Notes: generated by a model from the letters alone, not told the origin. A DNA stretch of 64,000 nt from Mobula hypostoma (GCF_963921235.1 NC_086118.1:27096001-27160000), one strand, 5' to 3'. Counted from the first letter of the stretch, positions 35,270 to 48,885 are shown. Made by a program: numbers and translations.

Positions 35270-35955
35270 CTTAGAGTCATAGAAAAATACAGCACAGAAA
35301 TAGACCCTTTGGCCCATCTAGTCCATGCTGAACTATTATTCTATCTTGTCCCATCGACTACAGCCCTTCATACTCCTCTCATCGTATTCCTATGTAAATT
35401 TCTCTTAAATGTTGAAATTTAACTCTCATCCATCACTTCCACTGACAGTCTCCCCACCCTCTGAATGAAAAAGTTCTCTCCTCATGTTCCCCTTAAACAT
35501 TTTACCTTTCACCCTCAACCCATGACCTCAAAGGGTGGATGAACCCTCTCATAGGGTCAACAGCCATCTAGCAAACACGTGCCGTGAAGCGCAGAAAGGG
35601 CATCCCTTGCATTGAAGCTTGGTTTGGCCATTCACTGCAACAGAACTTCCCCCAGCCATCTTGGACCCCACCATGCCACTGGATCCGGGAGGGGATGTCT
35701 AGAGGGTGGGACTGGATCTGTGCAACCCCCTACTCACCTAAAATCCATTCACGCACACACTGTTCCTTTCTGAGGAGTGGGGTCAACCCTACTAACTGAC
35801 TGAAAGGAACCATCATCATCCTATGGGATGGATAGCCAGAGAGAGAGAGAGAGAGAGATGACCTCTAGGTCTAGTCTCATCTAAGCTCTGTGGAAAAAAG
35901 CCTACTTACATTTAAATTATACACTGTATACCCCTCATAATTTTGTATACCTATG
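35270..35955 (-). mobile_element. CR1 3' tail fragment hosting an insertion
   Basis: AGAGTCATAGAAAAATACAGCACAGAAA is a reversed CR1 tail, and CR1 sequence resumes after 35865. Confidence 0.65.
35530..35857 (+). mobile_element. Unclassified short retroelement with (GA)n tail
   Basis: TSD ATGACCTC at 35522-35529 and 35858-35865, and a GA-repeat 3' tail. Confidence 0.7.
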
Positions 35956-36890
35956 TCTACAAAAGAAGGACAAATGTAATTCTTCCTTTGAACAATTCTC
36001 AATCTAATGGAAAGTGATGGAAATCTCTACCATCGCTACATCTAGACACCATCATGATGACTTAATTCTCATGTCTCTCCCTTCTTTTCCTCCATAAACT
36101 TTAGTTACTTGAGTTTCTGCTTCCAGTTCCCTGACTGTTCATCCATCATCTTTGCTCATACCAGCTTGCAGACACTTGTTGTTCTCTTCAGCTTTATATT
36201 TCTCATCCTTGCTTTCAGATTCCTCCATGGTCCTCACTTGTTCTGAACTCTGTAACCTACCTATTTAACTAGGTGTTTGCTTTTCTCCATTCTAACACTT
36301 CTGGAATTCGTTTGATCTAACCTTTCCACAAGGTGGTTTCCTTCGAGCTAGATTTCCCTCACTAAATTCCGCCCCCATCTCTGCTCCTGTAAGATGTTCC
36401 TTTCCATAAAAATGTTTGTACTCAAGCTCCTTGTCATTTGGTCTAACACCTCTGTGTGGCATTGGTGTTAAACTGTTTGATTTAGCTCCTGTGAAATGCA
36501 GTTGGATGTTGTAAATCGGGGTCAGATGCCGTGACTGTGCTAAAACTGTTGTGGTGCAATGCAGATTCATCTCTCTGACATACCAATGGCAGGCTCCCAA
36601 TTTTGACAAGGTCACCAGGAGCAAAGACTGATGCAAGGGACAGAAAATGGCATTCAACATCATTACTCTTGGTATTTTATAGGAAACCTTCATTTAGAAT
36701 TAGCATGGATTAGTTCTCATACCAATATCAAAAATTATTTGTTTAGAATAGACAGTAGGTTACCTATAAGACACTACAATGATTGATGACAATCATAAGC
36801 TAAGCTATTTAATGGCTCGTTTGTTACAAGTAGTCTTTCAGATACTCAGAGATCATGTGATTCCAATCTGCCCATATCAGGGAATGTGTA

Positions 36891-37448
36891 TGTAACTCTC
36901 AGTTCGGCTAGCAGCTTAATCCAGGGGAAGAAAGACCTCGGCCCGGCCAAACTTAAGAAATCTTGTTTGGGTGGATGCTGTGCGATGTGTCCCCTGTTAC
37001 AAATCTGTACCACAAAATAACAAACAGTACACAATATGCGATTAAACAATTGAGCTTTATAATTCATAATTTGACTATATGGTTAGTAAAGAAACAAAAA
37101 TTAAGAAAGGGCTGGTTCTCATGAAACAGTCTAATGCACATCGCTGGATCTCACTGATAAGCCCATTCGTCCACCATCGACCTCCTCCAAGCGTCGCTGA
37201 CCTTCAGATCCTCACGCCAAGTCCACTCCTTCCGGCGGTCTACCAACTCTCTCCATTCGCGTCTTCTCTCCTCATCCCTCCCCGGCAAAGTACCACAAAA
37301 TCCCTGCTCCCAGACCCACATGAAAGAACAACATCCCTCTCATTGGGTAGCCCCACATTCCAAAGACCCGTTATCTCAAGTCATAACCCAAACATTGCTG
37401 CTACAGAGAAACCATTACATTAGCAGTGAAACCTTACAGGGCTTTACA
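36891..37448. mobile_element. Probable solo LTR
   Basis: TGTAA...TTACA termini, flanks TGTA/AGTA (3 of 4 match), and more CpG than the surroundings. Confidence 0.5.
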
Positions 37449-37825
37449 AGTAATTCATAAGCAGATGTGGGGGCAAGTAGTTTTCATTTGATACTGAGGC
37501 AAGAACGCAACACTTCTGCACAACTTCACTCTGCTCCACCATGCCAGTAAGAAAGTCCTCATACAATTGTACTATTTACCAATACTCCAGTCTCTTGACA
37601 TGCTTGATTTTCAAATTATCTGCTATGTAAATTGAACTGACACTGAAATGATGAACAGTGAATAATTTATGAGAGTCAGACTCCTGAATGTAATGCTATT
37701 TCTGAGATGAATTGACGCATTCGGACTGCAGAAAAATGATGAATGACCCTTATGAGTTTGAACAGATTAGCAGTAGTTAGGGAGGAAAACAATCCACTGG
37801 TATGTCTATATCGATATATAGACAT

Positions 37826-38352
37826 CCTGAACCTAATAAAGTAGCCACTGAGTGTATGTGTGTTTTCTTCTGCTGCTGAAGCCCATCCACTTCAAAGTTC
37901 GGTGTGTTGTACATTCACAGATGCTCTTCTGCACACTACTGTTGTGATGTAATGTGTGGTTATTTGAGTCACTGTCACTTTCCCATCAGCTTGAACCAGT
38001 CTGGCCCTTCTCTGAACTCTCTCATTAACAAGGTTCTTTTGCCCACAGAACTGCCACCCACTGGATACATAGTTTTGTTTCTCACACCATTTTCTGAAAA
38101 AAAAAAGTTCCCAGGAGATCAGTACTTTCTGAGGTACTCAAACCACCCCATCTGGCACCAACATTCCATGGGAAAAAAATTTTGGATCACATTTCCTCTC
38201 TATGCTGGCATTTGGTCTGAACAACAACTGGACCTCTTGACCATTTCTGTATGCTTTTATGCATTGAGCTGCTGCCACATGATTGGCTGATTAGATATTT
38301 GCATTAATGAGCAGGTGTACAGATACATCTAATAAAGTAACAAGTGAGTATA
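37826..38352 (-). mobile_element. Tc1/mariner-derived MITE, copy 3
   Basis: CCTAATAAAGTAGCCACTGAGTGTA TIR motif, with a body homologous to 8062-8605. Confidence 0.7.
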
Positions 38353-39277
38353 TGTCAACTGCCAAAGCAAATGAATTGCAATATGTCTATATTATCACAT
38401 TCTGGGGTGTGAAATTTATTACATGCTATGCAACCATAAATCTTACAAACAAGTTCAAAGGCATGGACCACATCTGCTGAATATTTGTAGTCTTAGCATT
38501 TATTTCACTAGTTTACCTGCCTTGCAAAGTTTATTTTTTACTGCATTAAGCCAGGATTTGCATCATTACCTAAGTCAAATGCTGCCAGAAATAATCAGTT
38601 TTCACTTGACAAAATTCAATACCATTCTCTGCATAGAATTAATGTCAGTGTAAATGTGAATTAATAAAAACGTACAAAATTTCGAAGTCATCTATAGGTG
38701 TGTGTTCATCTGTGTTTTCGATCCTTTCCTGTGCTCAGACTGTTATCATGTGGAATGGATTAGTTAAATTTAAAAATCCTTTATCAAATATCCAAGCACA
38801 TATCAAAAGGTCTTTAGTATGAAATCAAATACTGTGGATGTTGGTAGTTCAAAATATGAAGACATGATTGGATATGCTCAGCAGGTCAGATGACATTTGT
38901 AGAGGGTGTCAGGCCAATGATCAGAATTGGGGACAGGGGAGCTATTCAGGAAATGATAGAGAAGCAGGGAAAATGAGTAAAGGAGGAAGGTTTGCACATG
39001 GTTAAACCCTCTTATATCGCCAACTTTCATTTTGGAGAAAAGTCATTGTCAAAGTGAAGGTCAATGTTAACTTTTTATTCTCTCCACCAATGCTGTCTAT
39101 ATTCATGTAGTTTCACTTTGAAAGTATTCAGCAAATTAACTACTTAAGACTTTTTATACCAAAACTAAATTTCTTTCTTAAGCCTTTTCTTTCGGCATAT
39201 GACATGAATAAATAGTTATTCCTAATTAGAGTTGTTAGTTAATTTGGGGAAACTGATATGCAGTATGTAGAGCAGCC

Positions 39278-39733
39278 TACACAAAATGCTGGAGGGGAGG
39301 GGAATGAACAGTTAATATTTTGAGTAGAGACCCTTTATCAAGACTGGAAAGAAAGGGGGCAGCAGCCAGTATAAGAAGGTGGAGGGAGGGGCAGCCGATA
39401 AATTGAGGGGGAAGGTAGGTTGGTTAGTGGGGGAGGAAGAATAAAGTAAGAAGCTATCTCCAGCTCTCAACTCTCAACTCCCTCCCTCACCCTCTCACCC
39501 ACTTTCCCCCTCACCTCATTTCATCAATCAACTGTTAGCTTGGAAACCTCCCCCTCCACCCACTTTCCTTTTCTAACTTTTTCCCTCTTCCTTTCCACTC
39601 CTGCCTGATGAAGGGCCTTGGTCCGAAACGTTGGCTATTTATTCCTTTCTTTAGAAGCTGCCTGGCCTGTTGAGTTCCGCCAGCATCTTTTGTCTGTTGC
39701 TCAAGACTTCCAGCCTTTGATGAATCTCTTGTG
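39278..39733. mobile_element. Old inverted pair of Penelope pLTR fragments
   Basis: Minus arm about 39278-39452 with a decayed hammerhead. Plus arm about 39453-39733 with CTGATGA-AGGGCCTTGGTCC-GAAACGTT at 39605-39632. Confidence 0.65.
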
Positions 39734-39734
39734 T

Positions 39735-39990
39735 TGGAAGGTTTCCAGCAGGCAGGCCTGGGCAAGGTTGCATGGAAGACCGGCAGTTGCCCATGCTGCA
39801 AGTCTCCCCTCTCCACACCACTGATGTTGTCCAAGGGAAGGGCATTAGGACCCATACAGCTTGGCACCGGTGTCGTCGCAGAGCAATGTGTGGTTAAGTG
39901 CCTTGCTCAAGGAGACAACACGCTGTCTCAGCTGAGGCTCGAACTCACGACCTCCAGATCACTGGATCGACGCCTTAACCACTTGGCCAC
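39735..39990 (-). mobile_element. tRNA-headed SINE (CORE-like) with an RTE-like body
   Basis: A-box TGGCCAAGTGG, B-box GAGTTCGAGCC, CORE-like CCTTGAGCAAGGCACTTAACC. The body matches about 26440-26571. Confidence 0.8.
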
Positions 39991-40285
39991 TATGTATTTA
40001 GTGAACAGAATATTCCTGAAGTTAGTGGCTAAATTCCTGAACTTCTGGACAGACGTACTTTAACAGACTTCTATCTTGTCATGTCTCCATAATAGAGACT
40101 GAAAGCGGAGCATTTCAAAAATGTGTACTGCAAAGGGTCAAACCCATGTTCATTATCAATCAGTTAATACCAGTGGTACTGAGTTGTCCATTGAACCACT
40201 GTAATGTTATGCTATTAAATCCAACCTAATATTAGATTATGTTTTTATTTTTATTCCTATTACATTTCATGCAGTGAGACATCCA

Positions 40286-42469
40286 CATAGAAACAGAGAA
40301 ACATAGAAAATAAGTGCAGGAGTAGGCCATTCGGCCCTTTGAGCCTGCACCGCCATTTATTATGATCATGGCTGATCATCCAACTCAGAACCCTGCCCCA
40401 GCCTTCCCTCCATACCCCCTGATCCCCGTAGCCACAAGGGCCATATCTAACTCCCTCTTAAATATAGCCAATGAACTGGCCTCAACAGTTTCCTGTGGCA
40501 GAGAATTCCACAGATTCACCACTCTCTGTGTGAAGAAGTTTTTCCTAATCTCGGTCCTAAAAGGCTTCCCCTTTATCCTCAAACTGTGACCCCTCGTTCT
40601 GGACTTCCCCAACATCAGGAACAATCTTCCTGCATCTAGCCTGTCTAATCCCTTTAGGATTTTATACGTTTCAATCAGATCCCCCTCAATCTTCTAAATT
40701 CCAACGAGTATAAGCCCAGTTCATCCAGTCTTTCTTCATATGAAAGTCCTGCCATCCCAGGAATCAATCTGGTGAACCTTCTTTGTACTCCCTCTATGGC
40801 AAAGATGTCTTTCCTCAGATTAGGGGACCAAAACTGCACACAATACTCCAGGTGTGGTCTCACCAAGGCCTTGTACAACTGCAATAGTACCTCCCTGCTC
40901 CTGTACTCGAATCCTCTCGCTATAAATGCCAGCATACCATTCGCCTTTTTCACCGCCTGCTGTACCTGCATGCCCACTTTCAATGACTGGTGTATAATGA
41001 CACTCAAGTCTCTTTGCACCTCCCCTTTTCCTAATCGGTCACCATTCAGATAATAATCTGTTTTCCTATTTTTGCCACCAAAGTGGATAACTTCACATTT
41101 ATCCACATTAAATTGCATCTGCCATGAATTTGCCCACTCACCCAACCTATCCAAGTCACTCTGCATCCTCTTAGCATCCTCCTCACAGCTAACACTGCCA
41201 CCCAGCTTCGTGTCATCCGCAAACTTGGAGATGCTGCATTTAATTCCCTCATCCAAGTCATTAATATATATTGTAAACAACTGGGGTCCCAGCACTGAGC
41301 CTTGCGGTACCCCACTAGTCACTGCCTGCCATTCTGAAAAGGTCCCGTTTATTCCCACTCTTTGCTTCCTGACTGCTAACCAATTCTCTATCCACATCAA
41401 TACCTTACCCCCAATACCGTGTGCTTTAAGTTTGCACAATAATCTCCTGTGTGGGACCTTGTCAAAAGCCTTTTGAAAATCCAAATATACCACATCCACT
41501 GGCTCTCCCCTATCCACTCTAATAGTTACATCCTCAAAAAATTTTATGAGATTCGTCAGACATGATTTTCCTTTCACAAATCCACGCTGACTTTGTCCGA
41601 TGACTCCAGCAGTTTCCCCACCACCGATGTTAGGCTAACCGGTCTATAATTCCCCAGTTTCTCTCTCCCTCCTTTTTTAAAAAGTGGGGTTACATTAGCC
41701 ACCCTCCAATCCTCAGGAACTAGTCCAGAATCTAATGAGTTTTGAAAAATTATTGCTAATGCATCCACTATTTCTTGGGCTACTTCCTTAAGCACTCTGG
41801 GATGCAGACCATCTGGCCCTGGGGATTTATCTGCCTTCAATCCCTTCAATTTACCTAACACCACTTCCCTACTAACATGTATTTCGCTCAGTTCCTCCAT
41901 CTCACTGGATCCTCTGTCCCCTACTATTTCTGGAAGATTATTTATGTCCTCCTTAGTGAAGACAGAACCAAAGTAATTATTCAATTGGTCTGCCATGTCC
42001 TTGCTCCCCATAATCAATTCACCTGTTTCTGTCTGTAGGGGACCTACATTTGTCTTTACCAGTCTTTTCCTTTTGACATATCTATAAAAGCTTTTACAGT
42101 CAGGTTTTATGTTCCCTGCCAGTTTTCTCTCATAATCTTTTTTCCCCTTCCTAATTAAGCCCTTTGTCCTCCTCTGCTGAACTCTGAATTTCTCCCAGTC
42201 CTCAGGTGAGCCACTTTCTCTGGCTAATTTGTATGCTTCTTCTTTGGAATTGATACTATCCCTAATTTCTCTCGTCAGCCACGGGTGCACTACCTTCCTT
42301 GATTTATTCTTTTGCCAAACTGGGATGAACAATTGTTGTAGTTCATCCATGCAACCTTTAAATGCTTGCCATTGCATATCCACCGTCAATCCTTTAAGTG
42401 TCATTTGCCAGTCTATCTTAGCTAATTCACATCTCATATCTTCAAAGTTACCCCTCTTTAAGTTCAGGG
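40286..42469 (-). mobile_element. Relatively young CR1 LINE ORF2 (RT) and 3' UTR
   Basis: ORFs 41574-42437, 40675-41577 (LDFQKAFD, GVPQGSVLGP, KFADD) and 40385-40624. (TTTCTATG)n tail. Small internal deletion near 41600. Confidence 0.93.
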
Positions 42470-43759
42470 GCTGAGGCGTGCAACAAGAACCGACAGGAGC
42501 GGACTGCCAAGGTGAAACAGAAACTGGGACTGTGGGGAGGGCGCTCCCTGTCGATAACGGGCAAGAACCTGGTCATCAGGTGTGAGGTGCTCTCAGGGCT
42601 GCTGTACTTGGCGCAGGTCTGGCCCGTCTCCTGCTCCTACAGCTCGGAAATCACCCGGGCTGTCTTCAGATTCGTCTGGGGATCCAAGATGGAGCGGGTG
42701 AGACGGACTGTCATGCACAAGTCCCTGGACAACGGGGGCAAGAACGTCCCCAATGTCGCCCTCACCCTGATGGCCAGCTTCGTATGTGGCTGCATCAGGT
42801 TGTGTGTAGAGCCCAGGTATGTGGGCACCAAGTACCACTATGTGCCCAGGTTCTACTTGTCGCCCTGGCTACGAAGGATGGGTCTGGCCCCACTCCCGCG
42901 CAACGCCCCAGTCAGCTGGTCTTTGCCGGCATACCTGTCCTACGTAGCAAAGTTCTCCCAGGAGAACGCCTTTGACCACAAGGCCATCAGGCAGTGGTCG
43001 GCACGTAGTGTTCTGCAGGCACTGCAGGAGAAGGACGTGATGGACACAGTGGGGTGGTTCCCTGAGCAGACTGTCCAGTTCATCTGGCAAAATGCCTCAT
43101 CGCCAGATCTAACCAACAGGCACCAAGACCTCGCCTGGCTGGCGGTGAGAGGGGCCCTCCCAGTCAGAGCCCTCCTGTACGCCCGGAATGTCGTCTCCGC
43201 ACCCCACTGCCCACGGACTGCAGTGAGGAGGAGTCTGTGACCCACCTCTTTGCACACTGCCAGACGGGCTAGTGTCATGTTTTATCCCCAGCAGCTGCGT
43301 AACAGAGGACTCTCTGATCTACGGGCTGTTCCCGGGGACGCACACTGAGACCAACATCCGGTGCTGCTGGCAGATCATCAACTCGGTGAAAGACGCTCTT
43401 TGGTCGGCCCGATACTTGATGATCTACCAGCACATGGAGATGTCCGTGGCAGAATGCTGCCGACTGGCACATTCTCGACTGCAGGAGAACGTGTTGAGGG
43501 ATGAACTGAAACTCAGTGCAGCCACCGCAAGGGCCTGGTGGGGAGGGACCACAGTATAGGTTTCTTCACCCGTGGGAGTGGGAGGGGTCGGAGGGAGGGG
43601 AGTATACCCCTCAACAATGATATGCTAAGCTGAACTACTGGAGTATAAATACGGATATGTACCGAGTATAATGGAAACGTATGTAAAGGATGAAAAGTTA
43701 TTGAATGGTTTATTGTATATATTTATTTTTGAATAAAGTATATTTTGAAATAAAAAAAA
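42470..43759 (+). mobile_element. L1-clade Tx1-type LINE 3' fragment
   Basis: Reads W.GRSLSITGK.LVI..L.GLLYLAQVWP..FRFVWG..GG, then zf-RVT-like LAW...GALPVR..CPR..C..ESVTHLF.HC. AATAAA at about 43732 and poly(A) at 43752-43759. Confidence 0.88.
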
Positions 43760-44115
43760 GTCCTTCCTTTCAATTGCGTTAATCTCCTCGTAAAACAAGC
43801 AACGCCACCCCACCTCCTTTTCTTTCATGTCTATCCCTCCTGAATATTGAATATCCCTGAATGTTGAGCTCTCATCCTTGGTCACCCTGGAGCCATGTCT
43901 CTGTGATCCCAACTATATCATAATCATTAATAACAATCTGCACTTTCAATTCATCCACCTTGTTACGAATGCTCCTTGCATTGACACACAAAGCCTTCAG
44001 GCGCTCTTTTACAACTCTCTTAGCCCTTATACAATTATGTTGAAAAGTGGCCCTTTTTAATGCTTGCCCTGGATTTGTCGGCCTGCCACTTTTACTTTTC
44101 TCCTTACTACTTTTT
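43760..44115 (-). mobile_element. CR1 endonuclease N-terminal fragment, continuing the 40286-42469 element
   Basis: Reads LKALCVNARSIRNKVDEL.VQI.IN.YDIVGITETWLQGDQGWELNIQGYSIFRRDR..GGGVA. Confidence 0.85.
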
Positions 44116-44864
44116 TAACACATCCTCGGATGTGTTGGCTGTTAATGTAAATGACACATTTCATTGTATGTTTTGATGTAAACATGATGTAAACATGATA
44201 AACAAATTTGAATCTTGAATATGTTTGATCTGTTTTCAGGCAAATGTTGAGCAATGAATTGTGTAATGTGTGGATAAGTGAATTAAAATAGCATTGGGGA
44301 CACAGGAAAATAATTTTACTACGTGCAAAGCTTTCACGACATTGGCTGTACATGGGGCGTGAATTGTAGGCCTTCAGAAACATTATACATGGTAAGTGCA
44401 CATAATTTGGAGAATTCCAGGTGTATGTTGTGTGTAACCTCCCACATTCATGTTTTTAATAGGAACAATTAAGGCATCGTGTCTGCAGTGGATGAGAGTC
44501 ATGACGGAACAAGTGGGCAGCCAGTGAAACTCTCAATGTGCGGCCACCCTCTTCTCCAAGGAAAGAAGAAGCACTCACTTTGTGTTTGTTAGCGTATCTA
44601 GTCTACCACTCAGCATTCCATAAGTTGCTTCAGTGCTGGATTCCCCAATGGTTGGACCGTTATATTACTCTAAGATCCTAATGTTTGAGGTTGTTCTTGG
44701 AGTCAAGGCTTACATGGTTTCTTCAGTGCATTAAAGATTAAAGGCTATCTTTATTTATAACCAGTACATCGAACCGAGCAGTGAGATGCATCATTTGCGT
44801 CGAATCAAATCAGCGAGGATTGTGCTGGATCGCCACGCTTCCTGCACCAACAGAGCATGCCTAT

Positions 44865-45030
44865 AACTCACTAACCCTAAGTGTACATCAGTGGAAGGCA
44901 ACTGGAGCACCCGGAGGAAACACACGCGGTCACAGGGAGAACATGCAAACCCCTTACAGGCAGCGGCGGGAATGGAACCCTGATGGGTGAAAGCTGGCGC
45001 TATCGAGCGTTGCACTATCCTCCACCCTTA
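44865..45030 (-). mobile_element. V-SINE/HE1-like SINE
   Basis: Minus strand core GTTTGCATGTTCTCCCTGTGACCGCGTGTGTTTCCTCCGGGTGCTCCAGTT follows a tRNA-like head. Confidence 0.75.
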
Positions 45031-46444
45031 TTGTCATGCATAGTCACAGTGCGCGGTCGTGCTCCATTTTGGCGGCTGGCAATTGATTGCACGTGGATTA
45101 CTTGTGCAGACTCAACATGTTGGAAGGTCACTTGCATAAAGAACTATTCAGCAGTTTCTTATTACACACATTGTCCAAGTGGAAATGACATTTGCATTTC
45201 AGAACTGCCTTTGTGATTAGTTGTGAACTGCCTTCATGGTCATTATCTCCGCAGCCATGACCTGGTAAAGATCCATTTGCTTCCTTGGAAAGCATTTAAA
45301 AACTATATAACAGATTCCAGGTCTTTGATTCATTCATTCTTCACCATCATAATTTGTTTTGATTGACTCAATCAAATGTCATTGCTTAAAAACTATTTTC
45401 CTTGATGTTACTTCGATGGCTTCTTGCATTTCACTGCCTGCATGAGCCAAAATTAACAACTTATTCATGCAATAGTTATCCAAGACTGTTTTGCAAATAG
45501 TCCAGCTTGAGAGGTTGAGTAATTGAAAGCTATTTCTGGTCGGCACATCAGAGGCACTGCCCGCACTTGAATCTGTTGATGGAAACTTGGTGACAATGTT
45601 TCTCATTTGTCAATTTAGACAGCTCATGATTTCCATTTGTACTTTCTGGTGCAATGTCTGCATCAGAAGAATATTGTGACTTGTATTCCTCTTTCAGTGG
45701 GGAATCCACAACCAATCTGTGAAAATGATAGTGTGGTGTATATATAGAAAACCTTCCTTTTCCTCTTAGAAACAGTGTTATATCATCTTGATGTTAAGTA
45801 CAGATAGCTAGCTGTATTTCATGTGTTGATACTTGGCACTTCAGACTGAATTTCAAAGGCGTCAAAGACATTCATTGAAAATTAAACATATTGAATCATC
45901 TCCAGATGTCAACAAAAAGTAATGTATAAAAGCCAATTACTTTTCAAAAAACTGAGCTGAAAACTGTTGATCAGTTTAAAATTGCCTTCTGTGTCAAAGC
46001 ATGTTTTACAGACAGAACCTAGCAAGCACAGAGTGGGAGAAAAGTCTGGTGAAAAGAAGCAGCTAAGGTATGAAATGCTGGCACGTGGAACGAATGCTGG
46101 TGATGAACAGAAGATAAAGGATGGCTGCTGTCTCAAAAAGGACAAGTAGCAAAGGTCAACAAAAGCAACAAGGAATGTTGCAACCAAAAACAGTGTCAAA
46201 TGGACTGAAATAATTGATAAAAGGTAAGAGCTCATGATCAATTCACACCTAGTTAAAACTGATGTGAGCAAATTACACTTCAGCAGGAAGATTAATATAA
46301 AAGTAGGAGTAGTAGTTAGAACTCAGTAAGCATCTGCATGGCTGTGCTGTCTGAACAACGTTTGACAGTTCCGTAATGTTTGTGCAAAGTTATAAACACA
46401 AGTATGATACTAACTTATTTAACTCAATGTAGACATCTACACAT

Positions 46445-46950
46445 ATAGTCATAGAGCACTACAACACAAAAAGGCCCTTCAGCCCATCTAGTCCATACTA
46501 ATCAATTCCAAAAGATGCAGACACATGAGAACCCGTGACCTCTAGTTCTAGTCTCACCCAACCTCAGAGCAAGAAAACCTGCTTGTATTTACTCTATTTA
46601 TACCCTTCATAATTTTCTATGCCTCTATCAAATCTCTCCCTGCCTCCCCCAATCCTTCTACACTCTGGAGAATAAAGCTCTAAACTTCACAGGGAAGGCT
46701 TCAATCTTTCCCGATAACTCGTTCTCAATTTCAGGCAACATCATTGTAAATTTTCTTTGCACTCTTTCAGTTTTATTGATATATTTGCAGCAGGTAGGTG
46801 ACCAGAACTGCACACAATACTCCAAATTAGGCCTCACCAATGACTTGTACAACTTCAATATAACGTCCCAACTCCCGTATCAATATTTTGATTGATGAAG
46901 AGCAATGTGCCGAAAGCTCTCTTTACGACCCTATCTACTTGTGATATTTA
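46445..46950 (-). mobile_element. Decayed CR1 3' fragment
   Basis: ORF 46658-46858 reads LYKSLVRPNLEYCVQFWSP..ERVQRKFT. Confidence 0.8.
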
Positions 46951-48239
46951 ACCTATTTACCAATAATGATGTCAGGCCAAGTCCCTCCCATAAAATTTAA
47001 TATTGGAAACACCTTGCAATATGTTCTGTTTTGTAAATTTATTTTTTTGTTTTTGTATTTTTATCACGGTAAATCGTAGCAAAAGGATTTACACCTGTTG
47101 CACAGTCCAAACATTGGTTTGAATGTTTTCTGCATTAATAAAAGATAGACCTTGCAAATGCTGGCATTCTGTAAAAAGGCAGGAAATATGGTTCTCTTTT
47201 TATTTTTTTACTTATCTGATAACCACTTTTTTTTTTTTTGCAGCACTTTTTGAAGGGTTTGTGGCCACTTAACATTGAGGGTGCAAATGCTGAATCTGTG
47301 AGTATTGTACCTTAGTTTGAGATCACCTACTTGAGGTTCGCTTGGCAGACAATCGTGCAGCAATGAGTATCACCCTTCAAATTACACCCAGTTTGACCCT
47401 TCAATATTATTATTTTTTGCTGCTGTAAACACTGCCAGTTGTTTTTCAGACCAATATGGTTAAACGTTTTGTCAAAAATAAATATTGGGCACTTTGGATA
47501 CCAGATGAATGGTGGTGCAGTACTCAAATTCATCCTTATAGACAACTGGTACTAACTTATCCTGAATGTAAAATTGATTATTTCCATGTTACTATCATTT
47601 TCTTTTAGGCAGTGCTGATTGATTGGGTGTTTTACAGACAAATTTCCCGTCTGCTATTATGAGGAACAGTACTGTATGTCTTTAGATTATAATATTAATA
47701 ACTATGATATTGGAAAAAAGGTTAAGGAATATTTAGTTATAAGTTACTTGTGCCATAGATTCATGAACATTTATGGCACAGAAGGTGGTCATGTGGTCGA
47801 AAATCGACTAGTTTAGTGCTTCCTTCCAAGTCTTGGTCCATGTATACGTAGTTTATTTTTTGTCTTGGTTGTACAGGAAAACTTTAAATGTGGTGAGATT
47901 TCTTCCCCATTTCTACCAATTCTTTAATCCTTAGAGATGAGCAAATTGACTCCACCGTCAAAGTTTTTTCATTTGGGAAGGAGGGAGTATTTACTGCAAG
48001 CGGTTCTTCAGGTTTTATGCCATCAATCGGCGGTCTGTGTGTATGGATCCAAAAATGTGTGTGGGTACTTTGTGGTGTTTGTAGATCAACATTTCACATG
48101 TATCTGGCTCTGGTCATAATATCACATTCCTCATTTCATGTTTTTCTGTTCTGCATCATCTCTTAGGACTCTGATGATATCGTTCACCTTCAGGAACATG
48201 GCCACTTCTTCTGTACAAAGGGCATGCAGCTGAATCTTA

Positions 48240-48885
48240 AACATGAGAAAGTCAGCAAATGCTGGAGATCCAATGCAACACACGCACAAAATGCTGGAGG
48301 AACTCGGCAGGTCAGGCAGCACCTGTGGAAATGAATGAACAGTTGGTATTTCGGGCTGACACACTTCTTCAGGACTGAAAAGAAAGGGGAGGGGAGATGC
48401 TGGAGTAAAAAGGTGGGGGGAGGGGAAAGACTAGCTAGAAGGTGATAGGTGAAGCCAAGTGGGTGGGAAAGGTAAAGGGCTGGAGAAGAAAGAATCTGAT
48501 AGGAGAGCAGAGTGGACCATGGGAGAAAGTGAAGGAGGAGGGGCTCAGTGATGGGCAGATAAGAAGAGATGAAAGGCCAAAGTGGGGATAGAAGAAAAGG
48601 GGAGAGGATGGGAAATAAATACCGGAAGGAGAAATCAATATTCATGCCATCAGGTTGGAGGCTACCCAGGGAGAATATAAGGTGTTGCTTCTCCACCTTG
48701 AGGGTGGCCTCAGCTCGGCACAAGAGGAGACCATGGACCGACATGTCGAAACAGGAATGGGAATGGGAATTAAAATTTTTGGCCACTGGGAAGTCTGCTT
48801 TTGGTAGACGGAGCAGAGGTGTTCAAAGAACTGGTCCCCCATTTATGGCAGGTCTCACAAATGAAGAGGAAGCTGTATCGGATAC
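48240..48885 (-). mobile_element. Older Penelope 3' fragment
   Basis: Reads FNSHSHS..DMSVHGLL.C..EATLK.EKQHLIF.LGSLQPDGMNIDFS, with a decayed hammerhead at about 48340-48377. Confidence 0.85.
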
